Source: a virus
IMG/VR virus record: IMGVR_UViG_3300030061_003170
DNA length: 64,000 nucleotides
Strand: one strand, 5' to 3'
Shown: positions 47,101 through 56,220 of the stretch, one piece after another
How the letters are laid out: each line of letters begins with the position of its first letter
How positions within the stretch are numbered: the stretch's first letter is position 1
Position numbers and translations under genes: made by a program
Notes under the pieces: model-generated
Told to the model about the DNA's origin: nothing
Databases searched by the model: none
What the model saw: only the letters and a program-made list of their open reading frames with translations

Positions 47101-50100
47101 AACTAAAGAAGTCATTAATTAGTCCTTTCTTTTGTTCACGGCTCTCTGGTGTTTCAAGTAATATAGCGCTTTTATTTACAGAACAAGTTGGATCAGCACG
47201 AGACAACAAATCATCGATTGCCTGCTCCATTAATCCCTGTGGTCCCTGTTGCATGATTTTTGCAACATCACCTAGGTCGTCTAGTACTCTTTCGTTCGCC
47301 TTGTCAATCATGTCTCTGGCTGTTTCTTCGTCTAAACCATTTGCAGTTAGCAGCCCCTCTCTATCTCTGTTAAATTGATCCAATTCTTCCTGAGTCAAAC
47401 AAATTGATTCATATATTGGCCCATCAGGCGCCCTGTTTACTTCTTCTAGCAGTTCTTGCAACAGTTCTGGTGGGCAATATGAACCACAATTGACATAAAC
47501 TCTCTCTACGTCTTGAGGAGTACCCATGACTCCACCATATTCTGGACAAAATGTATTTACTGCCTCTGCTATTCTAGCAGATACATGCGGCTCTCCTTGG
47601 CCAGCCATTAATTGCACATTTTCTTTTCGAGACGTGACTGAATTAAGTGTTCTAAAAAGACAATTAATATCTCCCCCGAACCCTCCAAGATTACCAAAAA
47701 CTCCATTCTTAGCCGCTGCCAGATCATCTTCGTCTCCATCTGGGCACCAGGCATCTCTAAGTGCATTATCAAAACCATCCCCTGAAAAGTCACCCTCTGC
47801 CACAAATTGACCGAGAGCATTAAGGCCATCACAAATTCCTTGCTCAATTGTTTGTAGTAATTTAAACATTAAACTAACCAAAACTTTTGTAATTGTTTGT
47901 GAAAATGATGCTATGAATATATTGGCCAGTTTTGTTAGCAGCGCAGTGTCAAAAAAGTTTGGAACTGTTGGGATTTTAGGCATCCTCAGTCCATTTTGTA
48001 AATCCCCACACACATCTAGTGTTAGAGTGCTAAGAAAACTATCAATTGGAGGTTCTGATGGACTCTGTGCGGCACATTTTACGCTGGCTAATAACCTGGG
48101 CAATAACTCACCTACAAGCGGCACCCTATCAAGAGTCTGAAGTAGTACATCAATCTGCAGAGAGTCCATCATATAGTCAATATAAGCAGAAGTAATTGTC
48201 TTTTGAAGAGACCCAAGTGCATTACCATAAGTCCCAGGAGGGGTGTTTTCTTTTGCTTTTGACTCCCTATTGGCAGCATCCGCTAATGTTTTCTTTTCCT
48301 CTTCCGGTAGATCCCTCCAGATTTCCAAATCAGATTTTTTTGCGTTAGGATCAGATGTCTCCTTTGATAATTTTGATATTTGTGCTTCTAAGTCTGTGGT
48401 ACGTGCCAAAAGTTGTTCGTATACCAACTGTTCACCAGCAAGAACTTTGTTCTCAGATTCCAATTGTTTCATAAGGCCTGCGATAGTTCCTTCTTGCCAT
48501 GGATTATATTCTTGAGCATTGACTTCCGCAATTTCTCCTGAGATCTTATTGACTCTTTTTAATTGATCACCAACTCTGTTCAATTGTGCGGCCTGATCTT
48601 TGATTGATTGATCTAATTCTGCTTTAAATTGCACTAATTTTTTGTTATCGTCTTGACCCGCTAACGCTTGCTTAATAAACCCATCTTTGTATTTTTGATA
48701 AGGGTTTGAGTTTGACATTGAGCCAGGATCATATCCTGCTTCCCATGGTAGTGGTAGATTGCCAAAATCTTTTTCATATTGCTGACGGATCTTAATCTGA
48801 TCTTCTGGTGGTAGGTTTTCAATGAAAAAACCAATAACATCAATATCCATGGACTCAAGCGCCACACGAACAATTTTAGACATTGCATTTTGGTAAGAAG
48901 TCCCTGAGAAAAGACAGCGCATTGCTGCCATACCAACACTATTGATGTTACATAAAGTCAACATTTTAATGACGTGATCACTTTGAGAACCTTTGGGTTC
49001 GTCCTTAAGAGACTTAAGTGCTGAACTGTTAGGATTTGTGCTCATTGATCTTAATGTATCTGGTGGGATTAAAGACTTTAAAAAGGAATCTTGGGCGAAA
49101 AATTTATCAAATTGCGCCTGATATACTTGTTGATTAGCAGCATTAATAGCATCTTCATTTTCTAAGAACTTTGGCTTTGACCCGGGCCTAGAACATGACA
49201 CATTGTTGAACTCAAATTCTAATGCTTTCATTAAATTGACTGAATCATTTAAGATAGTGTCTCTCAACTCAATAGCATATTGGTTCGCGTTGTTTACTAT
49301 GCAACTACCAACGTCTTGCTCAAGATTGTCTTTGCTAAGGCGACCGTAAACAACAGATATCTGTGGGTATGTGTATGCTACTAAAAAATCTAACCATGGA
49401 TAGGACTGTGATGCACGCAATGACATGTCTATCTTCTTTAAATTAGCAACATAGTGCATTGTGGTGGGTCGATTGTCACACCAACTTTTGAAATTATCAA
49501 ACCCGTCGGTTAATTTGCTATACCCGCAACCATTAACTTCTACCTTCACCGCCTTAAGTTTGTAAATCTCTCCTTCTAAAAATTCTAGTTTAACTTTCCT
49601 TACAAGGTTGCCTATACCAGAAAAGAAACTATTGACTTCATAACCATTATCTCTTATAATCTGCACAATTTTATCTTTAAATTGATCAATTTTGACCTTT
49701 TCTTCAGATGCATAATAATCAACAGGCTGAATGTCCTCTGCGCTAAGCGCCTCTACGTCTTGAGTATCAGAAAATATTAGATAACCATCTTGGTTTCTCC
49801 AAAACAATGATTGGTATGTACTATAGATACCCAAACTAGTAGACAGCCTAGTCAGTTGAGGAGACAAATCCTCGGATAAAAACTCAACTGAATTATTGGC
49901 ATTAAGTTTACTTACTGTATCGGATCCACCAGGAAGTTGTATTCTAGGCTTGCTTGGCACTTGATCAAAGATAAATGCAGGGACAGTAACTTTTACTTTA
50001 AGATAGTTTCCTATTGGATCAATATCAAAATCTTTTATTACGGCATATAGTTCTAAAGCGTAAGGGTTTGTAATCTCAGGATACTCTCCTGTTGCAAACT

Positions 50101-50701
50101 TGGTGGCATCAAACACTTCAAAGGAGTCGCCCTCTTCAGTTGTTCTATTTTCTCCTGCATAAATTGAGTTGGTTGCCTCTGCTATTATTTGATCAATAGG
50201 TGGGCATGAATTTCTCTGAGACAATGGAATATCTTCCAGGCTTCTCTCGTCAAAAACATCAGTCCCACCAGATTCGATATGCCTCGTATAGGCCAAAGTA
50301 TAGTCACTTTGAAGTTCTAGTAACTCATCCGGGGCCAACCCTTCAAGTTTAAGTCCAGGAAATGAAGCGCAAATTATTGCATCAGCCTCAAGTTTCCCAA
50401 AATGCCGCAACATTAAACGCAATGCCGGCTCGATATATTGTCTCAAAGCCACCTCACGGCCTTGAGGAGGGCTTCTAAAATCAGCAGCAGTAAGATATTC
50501 CCCGTATCTATCAAGACTAACTACACAAGTATATTCACAAGTCCCTTCGTTTAGATATGGACGATTAACCATACCAGTCCAGTCAGGCTCAATATAGTTG
50601 GGGTTTACAATACAGGTTGGGCATATTTTTTTTATCGGTGGTGGTGGTGTAATATCATCACAAACGTCTTTTTGAAATTTTGAGAAATCTTTTTCGGCCA
50701 T
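44165..50701 (-). CDS. Giant hypothetical virion-associated protein
   Basis: 2178 aa, acidic, helical with a central coiled coil and scattered Cys; lies between the spike and gp25 genes. Confidence 0.7.
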   Translation of the reverse strand: MAEKDFSKFQKDVCDDITPPPPIKKICPTCIVNPNYIEPDWTGMVNRPYLNEGTCEYTCVVSLDRYGEYLTAADFRSPPQGREVALRQYIEPALRLMLRHFGKLEADAIICASFPGLKLEGLAPDELLELQSDYTLAYTRHIESGGTDVFDERSLEDIPLSQRNSCPPIDQIIAEATNSIYAGENRTTEEGDSFEVFDATKFATGEYPEITNPYALELYAVIKDFDIDPIGNYLKVKVTVPAFIFDQVPSKPRIQLPGGSDTVSKLNANNSVEFLSEDLSPQLTRLSTSLGIYSTYQSLFWRNQDGYLIFSDTQDVEALSAEDIQPVDYYASEEKVKIDQFKDKIVQIIRDNGYEVNSFFSGIGNLVRKVKLEFLEGEIYKLKAVKVEVNGCGYSKLTDGFDNFKSWCDNRPTTMHYVANLKKIDMSLRASQSYPWLDFLVAYTYPQISVVYGRLSKDNLEQDVGSCIVNNANQYAIELRDTILNDSVNLMKALEFEFNNVSCSRPGSKPKFLENEDAINAANQQVYQAQFDKFFAQDSFLKSLIPPDTLRSMSTNPNSSALKSLKDEPKGSQSDHVIKMLTLCNINSVGMAAMRCLFSGTSYQNAMSKIVRVALESMDIDVIGFFIENLPPEDQIKIRQQYEKDFGNLPLPWEAGYDPGSMSNSNPYQKYKDGFIKQALAGQDDNKKLVQFKAELDQSIKDQAAQLNRVGDQLKRVNKISGEIAEVNAQEYNPWQEGTIAGLMKQLESENKVLAGEQLVYEQLLARTTDLEAQISKLSKETSDPNAKKSDLEIWRDLPEEEKKTLADAANRESKAKENTPPGTYGNALGSLQKTITSAYIDYMMDSLQIDVLLQTLDRVPLVGELLPRLLASVKCAAQSPSEPPIDSFLSTLTLDVCGDLQNGLRMPKIPTVPNFFDTALLTKLANIFIASFSQTITKVLVSLMFKLLQTIEQGICDGLNALGQFVAEGDFSGDGFDNALRDAWCPDGDEDDLAAAKNGVFGNLGGFGGDINCLFRTLNSVTSRKENVQLMAGQGEPHVSARIAEAVNTFCPEYGGVMGTPQDVERVYVNCGSYCPPELLQELLEEVNRAPDGPIYESICLTQEELDQFNRDREGLLTANGLDEETARDMIDKANERVLDDLGDVAKIMQQGPQGLMEQAIDDLLSRADPTCSVNKSAILLETPESREQKKGLINDFFSLLERRFFDDLIGEYHSVLASILTDTADNSLKLHELFVGLPIFIPNYVNSEADWEFRKEYGSIWYANDFRMPDIENASGMFPATVGIHMRKQIQMSMFSFLNTDGEVKISGNFTNDANGEGPDYEMEMSITRKGGIDNKFNINIKEIFYSFRPGQDLDEAFSNDPVIERDRIKYSKPFAYDDSFLEGIQFPVAGRTKGYVKVFENLLKRGLNRPVEINSIESRKVYEAINSEMFTFVRDAMLNDPDGGTPIGYKFGYDASQAIEFRDLIYVDPDANPNDEGTWSYTFDEEDRKLGKSATENPRVHFLDPDIHGGSYRRPKIYIEPATYNGWMGMMRTFVPEISSCDENTTNFLDLAQITNRVKEIEDNLPFDERLSLPPECRVEIPFDRQFSPINHGLMDGVVTSTVRVYATEFILKTLPVFSSVEMSDRNIDDIFSDVLIEAMKDGMVDQFNLFNVIQGYTYWLLFLEQSVQSVERMILDGMLEMTPALVEAKEQIDQAKEQFASLGQDFFQACDDIARGSAIIAYGEDWEEVLNDSMKMDWGDVAGLWRAAAGIPLSPFRLGLANSINTIWKARDAAKVFLREIVKREITQLSEKLYFNMRPRPHVYDISKYLLSKNGMMRGSTLRAGESKIEAPVTGGKSGIGYGSIFDVPRNILEENVFDNALLTPDELEELNEKGVFYLERYIRTTDKDGLEQVYNIKELQELLSDRAVYDENSKLSDYFGNLELISDDRILVGSLGVQFGVRLMYCPPSAFSYDLNDLDAETNRAFSHKPAMIQLATETSQRPWQLTARTVPIAVFEQDVLDKKIKDINFEDENMGEDLKCYIDNLVQTEEYQVLVDYCFPLKTYVSSIGVYSFYNFFESIGKDPSERIDSGIGLGGIAPDLWKSFIFNESKSTCRKLFNSVYRSDDDEPEENRVSSEDLKRKFFENILPQLYINLDSSISWWQRRRIVKENPFDADGKDCKNAFQKLFDKKG

Positions 50702-50702
50702 G

Positions 50703-51737
50703 TTATTTTCCTATGAATACTGTGCTGCTGCAAATGTCGCCGGCGCCCTGTATTAACTCGTCTGTTTCTGCACTAGTTGAAAAAGAAGAAAGTCCGAGCG
50801 ACTCTAATTGTTCAATGTTGGTATTTACATTATCCAATATGTTTGATAACGTATCCTTAAAGAAATTCGGAACACTACCGCCAGTATGCGTAACAGCATT
50901 GACTGCTGGGGCTGTTTGAATAACCCCTACCCCAGCACCCTGATGGTTGTGGACAGCATAAGATATTTCTAATTTTATTAATTTTTGTTCAAGAGTTTGA
51001 ACTTTTGAGTGTATTTTCATTATCTTTTTTACAAGTTTTCTAAGGTACTCTTTAAGGTTTCCACCTAAGACTGCTGCTTGAATATCTTTTTCTGTTGTTC
51101 TTGCCAAAGTAATCTTGGGTTTAATACTTCGAATACCAGTCGCCAATAGGTCAGAGGAATCTTTGGGTGTAAAATTTGCGGACCCAACTAAAATTCTAAC
51201 TTCTTCGCGCCCTATTGCATATGTATGATCTGCTTTGATGCCAATACCGGACTTCATATTAGCAGCAAAACAGGTGTTTGGTGTACCTAAGCCAAAATAA
51301 TGTTCCAGGGATCCCCTCTCGGTAAGATAGATTCTGGCTGCATCAGAGGCAAAGTTTGCTCTCGACTGTATGTCAGAGGTATAAACCCTTGACTCATTAC
51401 CAAGTGATCCTACAACAATATCTATGGCCTCACACTGAGTGCCTCCGGCACCTCCTAGGCCAGAATGAACAGGTCCGTAATTATCTTTTGTAAACAATAT
51501 ACGGCCACCTGTGGGACCATTCTGGTTTTTAGATCTAGAGACGATCTTCTCTAGTCCCATAACTGGTCCGAAACTTGGCAAGTCTTCATTGTCTTTAATG
51601 AGAAAGACCCCAGACTCAAACAATTCTGGTTTTTTCTTTACCAAATTGTCGTTAGACTGTTGAATCATTCTTCTTTTATCATACCCAACTGAATAGGCTG
51701 AGCCTAAGGTTATCATTTTGTTGTTTTCAATACTCAT
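50703..51737 (-). CDS. Baseplate central spike-like protein (gp5 C-terminal / gpV-like)
   Basis: Likely start ATG 51737 (TAATG overlap); beta-rich body with the VHNHQG HxH motif; position next to the lysozyme and gp25 genes. Confidence 0.55.
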   Translation of the reverse strand: MSIENNKMITLGSAYSVGYDKRRMIQQSNDNLVKKKPELFESGVFLIKDNEDLPSFGPVMGLEKIVSRSKNQNGPTGGRILFTKDNYGPVHSGLGGAGGTQCEAIDIVVGSLGNESRVYTSDIQSRANFASDAARIYLTERGSLEHYFGLGTPNTCFAANMKSGIGIKADHTYAIGREEVRILVGSANFTPKDSSDLLATGIRSIKPKITLARTTEKDIQAAVLGGNLKEYLRKLVKKIMKIHSKVQTLEQKLIKLEISYAVHNHQGAGVGVIQTAPAVNAVTHTGGSVPNFFKDTLSNILDNVNTNIEQLESLGLSSFSTSAETDELIQGAGDICSSTVFIGK

Positions 51738-52960
51738 TATATCCCCAGTATCTCCTTCACTTTTGCATTTGATAGAAAAGTGTTTTTCCAACCCCTGAGT
51801 CTTTGTGCAACACCTTCTGGGTTTTTGCTATCTTTTTTTGCAGCAGCGTTATTACCAACCCCTTTATACACACTTTGTCCCTTATTGGCTCCGTATTGAG
51901 ATGGGTAAGATGCCCACTCCTCCGCTATTGCATGTGCTGCCGCGATGGCATCGTCATGCTTGTCAACCATATAGCCGTGCAAGACCGGTCTTTTGCTGCT
52001 CAAGATTAAATAAGCACCCATAGCATCTTGGATTTCTTTGTTAAATACTTGGCTTTGATCAATATTCAGAGCAGCAATTGTTTCTTGAAATGTCTGTGAT
52101 CTTTTGTCAAAGGAGCCTACAAGTTGGTACCTTCCAACTGCAAAAACTCCAACACCCAGATTGCCTGCGCTTCTTTTATTTTGAGATGCTCTAATTTCTG
52201 CTATGGTTTTGGTTGATAACTTACCGGCGCCATTTTTCCATCTACCAAACTCTTGAACAACAGTGTCATTACATTCACCCGTTGCGCCACAATTGTAAGC
52301 ATCGTAGGAATCAGGACCAGTACGTCCAGTCTCATGGGAGGAAATATCATCAAGAAAGCCAGTAAGTGCCGGAACAAAGTCCTTGTATTGCTGTAGGGTA
52401 TAAACAGTCGATACATTGTTGGTAGATTTTCTTGGATTTGTAGATGATTCTCCAATAGTTGAAGGTGCCGAGTTTGAATCGGCAAAAGCACTCATTGCCA
52501 ACTGTCTTCTTTTTCGAAGAATTGTAGCAGAGGTTGTTCTTTTTGTGATTCTTGTAGCAAAAAGAACTGCTTTTTGACCATTTGACTCCTTGATTCTTCT
52601 GCATTCGATCTCATCTCCAAAATTTGGTGCTTCGAAATCGTTGGTTACCTCAAAAACACATTGTGGATGCATATTAATTAATTTACGAGCGATATTTAAG
52701 CACGCAGCATCAAGTGGATCTGGGTAGATTCTATTGAGTGCTCTAGTTGGCCGAATCCTTGCAAGGATATAAGATTGATCATCTAATACAATTCTCGTAC
52801 CATCGCTATCTGAAGGGTTATTATCCGATAACACCGTGGCATTAAATACATCTGGTAAGTTATCAAAAATGGAATCAATGAACGCTTCTTGAAACAAGTC
52901 TGCACGACTACTTAAACGATCAGAAAAACTACGTACCTGTTGGGGTGTGAAAATGCTCAT
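51737..52960 (-). CDS. Baseplate hub protein with a C-terminal lysozyme-fold muramidase
   Basis: FLDDISSHE, YDAYN, AVGRYQ, IQDAMG, IAEEWASYP (lambda-lysozyme/GH104-like); OB-like N-terminus. Confidence 0.75.
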   Translation of the reverse strand: MSIFTPQQVRSFSDRLSSRADLFQEAFIDSIFDNLPDVFNATVLSDNNPSDSDGTRIVLDDQSYILARIRPTRALNRIYPDPLDAACLNIARKLINMHPQCVFEVTNDFEAPNFGDEIECRRIKESNGQKAVLFATRITKRTTSATILRKRRQLAMSAFADSNSAPSTIGESSTNPRKSTNNVSTVYTLQQYKDFVPALTGFLDDISSHETGRTGPDSYDAYNCGATGECNDTVVQEFGRWKNGAGKLSTKTIAEIRASQNKRSAGNLGVGVFAVGRYQLVGSFDKRSQTFQETIAALNIDQSQVFNKEIQDAMGAYLILSSKRPVLHGYMVDKHDDAIAAAHAIAEEWASYPSQYGANKGQSVYKGVGNNAAAKKDSKNPEGVAQRLRGWKNTFLSNAKVKEILGI

Positions 52961-53253
52961 TTATCTTCTTTCTCGGAATTCTGTATTGCATCAAAAATCC
53001 CTGCGAAGTCCTTATCGGTCAATTCGTCAGAAGTGTTTTCACCTTTTTTCATAAGGCCACACAACTTGACCAACTGCTCGTTGGACCTCTGCAGGGTTTC
53101 TACATACTTTGCCAAAACGCCACCAATTTGATTGTGTCGGGCCTCATCAACAGAAAGCCACTTGATGGCATCATCAAGCAACTCTCGTGTGATTTGTCGG
53201 TCTTCTTCAATGTTTTTAATGGCTTCTTTAATATGTTTTTCGCTATTACTCAT
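52957..53253 (-). CDS. Hypothetical helical protein
   Basis: 98 aa; LAKYVETLQRSNEQLVKL; late motif 5 nt upstream. Confidence 0.7.
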   Translation of the reverse strand: MSNSEKHIKEAIKNIEEDRQITRELLDDAIKWLSVDEARHNQIGGVLAKYVETLQRSNEQLVKLCGLMKKGENTSDELTDKDFAGIFDAIQNSEKEDK

Positions 53254-53258
53254 ACATT

Positions 53259-53265
53259 TAAATAG
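53259..53265 (-). promoter_or_regulatory. Putative late promoter motif CTATTTA opening the tail block
   Basis: Sits in the 19 nt gap between the sigma factor stop and the next ATG. Confidence 0.55.
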
Positions 53266-53272
53266 GTTTCAG

Positions 53273-53974
53273 TTAGATTTTACCGTCATCCCAATCTACC
53301 TTAAACTCTCTGTACCTTTCCCTCATTTTGTTGAGTTGAGTTACAATTTGCTTGGTATTCATACCCGTGATTTCTCGTAGGTAAAGATAAATTGCTTTCT
53401 TGTTAAAGATGTCGATTTCCTCAACAGATGACAAAACAATTTTTACGGCTTCATAAACTTTTCGCTCTTGTTCTTTCTCAAAGTCAGAGTCCCAAGTGTC
53501 AATCTCTACCCATAAGTTGTTCCAAAACTCAGTGTTTATGGACTCCCTTATAAATTGATCCCCAGGGTCCACAAAGTTAGTTTGAAGTTCCAACTCTGCT
53601 TCCTCATAAGGCACCTCACGCTGTAAACGCTTAGTGTTCTTTTTTACTTTGTGAATAAACCAATTTTTTGTGATAACTGAAAAGTACGAGAACGCTTTTG
53701 AGCCTCTGTTCGGATCGTACTTGTCTAAAATTGTTGTTAACCATACCTTGCACTCCATTCTAAGTTCGTCAATGTTTGGGAGAGAGGTAAACTTGTACGC
53801 GAATACAATTTTATCAACCATTTCGTTAAAGGCTGGTTGAATCCAATCTCCATATAATACCTCTTTCTCTGCTCGGTCTTCAGAGACACAATACTTAAGA
53901 ATTGCGTTCTCGTGATCCTGCGTAAAATACATTCTCCCCATAGGGTTTTTGCTCCTCGATTTCTTCTTCACCAT
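53273..53974 (-). CDS. Late-transcription sigma factor (T4 gp55-like)
   Basis: YFTQDHENAI...LDKYDPNRGSKAFSYFSVITKNWFI matches the gp55/sigma region 2 pattern (FD......AFAYFT....N.F). Confidence 0.75.
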   Translation of the reverse strand: MVKKKSRSKNPMGRMYFTQDHENAILKYCVSEDRAEKEVLYGDWIQPAFNEMVDKIVFAYKFTSLPNIDELRMECKVWLTTILDKYDPNRGSKAFSYFSVITKNWFIHKVKKNTKRLQREVPYEEAELELQTNFVDPGDQFIRESINTEFWNNLWVEIDTWDSDFEKEQERKVYEAVKIVLSSVEEIDIFNKKAIYLYLREITGMNTKQIVTQLNKMRERYREFKVDWDDGKI

Positions 53975-54287
53975 CAGACTCCTCGGAAAATTCGATCTCT
54001 AAAGCCTCTGTCAACGATGACACGTCCGCGTACTCTTCTTCCAAAATAGTAATAAGAGAACGTGTATGGGCGAAAAGGTGTTGGATGTTTTCGTCCCCAT
54101 AATACGTATCAAGTTGATAGATAGCCTTAAGATGATCACGATAATTAGCAACTAATTCAACTAAATCCCCAATATTTTGAGAAACATAGGTAATTCTTGT
54201 TGATTGCTCTCGTGAAAACCAGATCAAAAACCCATTAAGAATGAGTGAGATTGTTAATGCAAATATAAGCCATAGTTCTAATGTCAT
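53895..54287 (-). CDS. Hypothetical membrane-anchored protein
   Basis: Likely start ATG 54287 (ATGA overlap); N-terminal TM, acidic tail. Confidence 0.65.
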   Translation of the reverse strand: MTLELWLIFALTISLILNGFLIWFSREQSTRITYVSQNIGDLVELVANYRDHLKAIYQLDTYYGDENIQHLFAHTRSLITILEEEYADVSSLTEALEIEFSEESDGEEEIEEQKPYGENVFYAGSRERNS

Positions 54288-54550
54288 GTGTTTGGTTCCC
54301 AATTATTGTTGCGTGCCCTCTTTTTTTCTTGTTCAAGAATCGCTCTATTTTCCTCTATAGCGTTCTTAACTTCGTCCCCTACCTTACCACCTTCCGACTT
54401 GTTTTCTCGACGAATATGAGGCATTTCAGGCACCCTATAGACAGTTTCCTGTCCACAGTGAAGACACTTGTTGTGTTCTTCGCTCATTCCATGATAAAGG
54501 TAGTATCCCTGATCACAAGATGGGCAGTTATAGTGATACTTTGGCATCAC
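54284..54550 (-). CDS. FmdB-family zinc-ribbon protein
   Basis: MPKYHYNCPSC...CLHCG. Confidence 0.8.
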   Translation of the reverse strand: MMPKYHYNCPSCDQGYYLYHGMSEEHNKCLHCGQETVYRVPEMPHIRRENKSEGGKVGDEVKNAIEENRAILEQEKKRARNNNWEPNT

Positions 54551-54756
54551 TCATCTCCTGTAAGGATTGTCGGTGTCGCCTTGGCTTGAGGAACTTTCAC
54601 GGTTGGTGGATTAACGATTACAAGTTCCCCTGCATCATCTACCTGTACCTTGAATCCTCGAAGGACCGGTGTGATGTCCGATTGCTCCATAAGAGATTTT
54701 TGAAGGGCCATCATAATTGCTCCGACGGCTTGGTTTGATAATTTATGATCTTTCAT
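54547..54756 (-). CDS. Hypothetical protein
   Basis: 69 aa; SD AGGAG; overlaps both neighbours. Confidence 0.65.
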   Translation of the reverse strand: MKDHKLSNQAVGAIMMALQKSLMEQSDITPVLRGFKVQVDDAGELVIVNPPTVKVPQAKATPTILTGDE

Positions 54757-55357
54757 TTTTTTGCTCCTTAAAATTTAAAATAAAATCAATATCTTTCCTG
54801 TACATTTTTAAAACCATACGTGAAAGTTCTTTGTTGTTTCTTAGATACTGTGATATTGTGGATTTTGCAACACCAGAGTTTTTGTTATAATGACTAGAAT
54901 TAATAATAGAAAATTCATTCTCTAGAAGTAAATTGGTCTCTTCTATTTTATAGACCTTATCTATTACAATGTTATTGTCTAAGTCTGTCATATAAAACAT
55001 TTGTGGTTCAATATGTGCATCAAAAAAACCATAATCATGCACCTCTTCTATGAAAGAGTAAAATCTTTTTGGCTCACCATGTATCTTAAAAAATTTTTTT
55101 TTCCTAGTCTCTACGCCATCGCCAAGCGCTCTCTTGTTTATCTCAATATATGCACTGCAAAATCTTTCGAAAGGATCCCTAACAACACATATCGTTTTAT
55201 AGTTTTCTAATATTGTTGGGTCATCCAAAAAGTTTGAAACTCTATAGTCAGGGTTTAATCTTCTAATTGTTGTGCTGCTGTTTTTAGGTATAGGCACGAA
55301 ACATATGCCTTTGTCTTCATAAATATAAGAAAGACCCTTGGCATGGTTATAGGCCAT
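54743..55357 (-). CDS. Carbohydrate sulfotransferase (Sulfotransfer_2 family)
   Basis: 5'-PSB FVPIPKNSSTT, 3'-PB VVRDPFERFCSAY, DAHIEPQ. Confidence 0.8.
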   Translation of the reverse strand: MAYNHAKGLSYIYEDKGICFVPIPKNSSTTIRRLNPDYRVSNFLDDPTILENYKTICVVRDPFERFCSAYIEINKRALGDGVETRKKKFFKIHGEPKRFYSFIEEVHDYGFFDAHIEPQMFYMTDLDNNIVIDKVYKIEETNLLLENEFSIINSSHYNKNSGVAKSTISQYLRNNKELSRMVLKMYRKDIDFILNFKEQKNERS

Positions 55358-56204
55358 TTTTTATCTCCTGTACATAGTCAAACAACTGACGTTTGGGTTG
55401 CCAATCTAATTCCTTTATCGACTCTGAGATGTCTGCTAGGGTATTTCTTGCCTCTCCTGGTCTCGCTGGTAGATGTTTCTTTTCGCCACCAAACATGTCT
55501 GCCAGTTCATTTATCGAATAGTTCCTTCCTGTCCCAAGATTATAAACTTTACATTCCCTGTCTTTTTTTGAAATAGCGATTAGGCCGGAACATATGTCAT
55601 AAACGTGTGTAAAGTCCCTTCTTTGCATGCCATCCCCGACTATTGTCAGGGGGCTTTTGTTCTTCATCTGTTCTTCAAAGATTGCCACGACAGGTGTGTA
55701 TTGTCCAATTCTAGGGTTTCTTGGTCCGTAAACATTAAAAAACCTTGCAATCCCACTCTTGATTCCATAAACTTTTGTGTACATTTTAATAGTTTCTTCC
55801 CCCTGCCATTTTGCAAAAGCATATGGGTTAAGATAAACCCCTCCATAAAACGAACTGGATCCTGCATAAACCACCATGCAGTTATTTTTTCTAGCGTATT
55901 CACAAACAACAGCAGTACCATAAGAATTGTTTTCACAAGTATATAAAGGATCATCAAAAGATGGCTGTATTCTTGCTTCTGCTGCGATATGAAAAATTAC
56001 CTCTACACCCTCAAGACCTATTGATGGGGTGGACAAATATTTCTTAAAATCATCAAATATATATTTTGCAGATGGGTTGCAATTTTCTTTTTTGCCATAA
56101 GATAAATCGTCAATGACAATTACTTCATATGATTGCTCTATCAAAAGATCTACCAAATTACTGCCGACAAAACCACAGCCACCTGTTACTATAACTTTCT
56201 TCAT
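55347..56204 (-). CDS. NAD-dependent nucleotide-sugar epimerase/dehydratase
   Basis: VTGGCGFVGS, YAFAK (YxxxK), RFFNVYGP, GDGMQRRDFTHV. Confidence 0.9.
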   Translation of the reverse strand: MKKVIVTGGCGFVGSNLVDLLIEQSYEVIVIDDLSYGKKENCNPSAKYIFDDFKKYLSTPSIGLEGVEVIFHIAAEARIQPSFDDPLYTCENNSYGTAVVCEYARKNNCMVVYAGSSSFYGGVYLNPYAFAKWQGEETIKMYTKVYGIKSGIARFFNVYGPRNPRIGQYTPVVAIFEEQMKNKSPLTIVGDGMQRRDFTHVYDICSGLIAISKKDRECKVYNLGTGRNYSINELADMFGGEKKHLPARPGEARNTLADISESIKELDWQPKRQLFDYVQEIKNGL

Positions 56205-56220
56205 ACAAACCCCAAAACTA

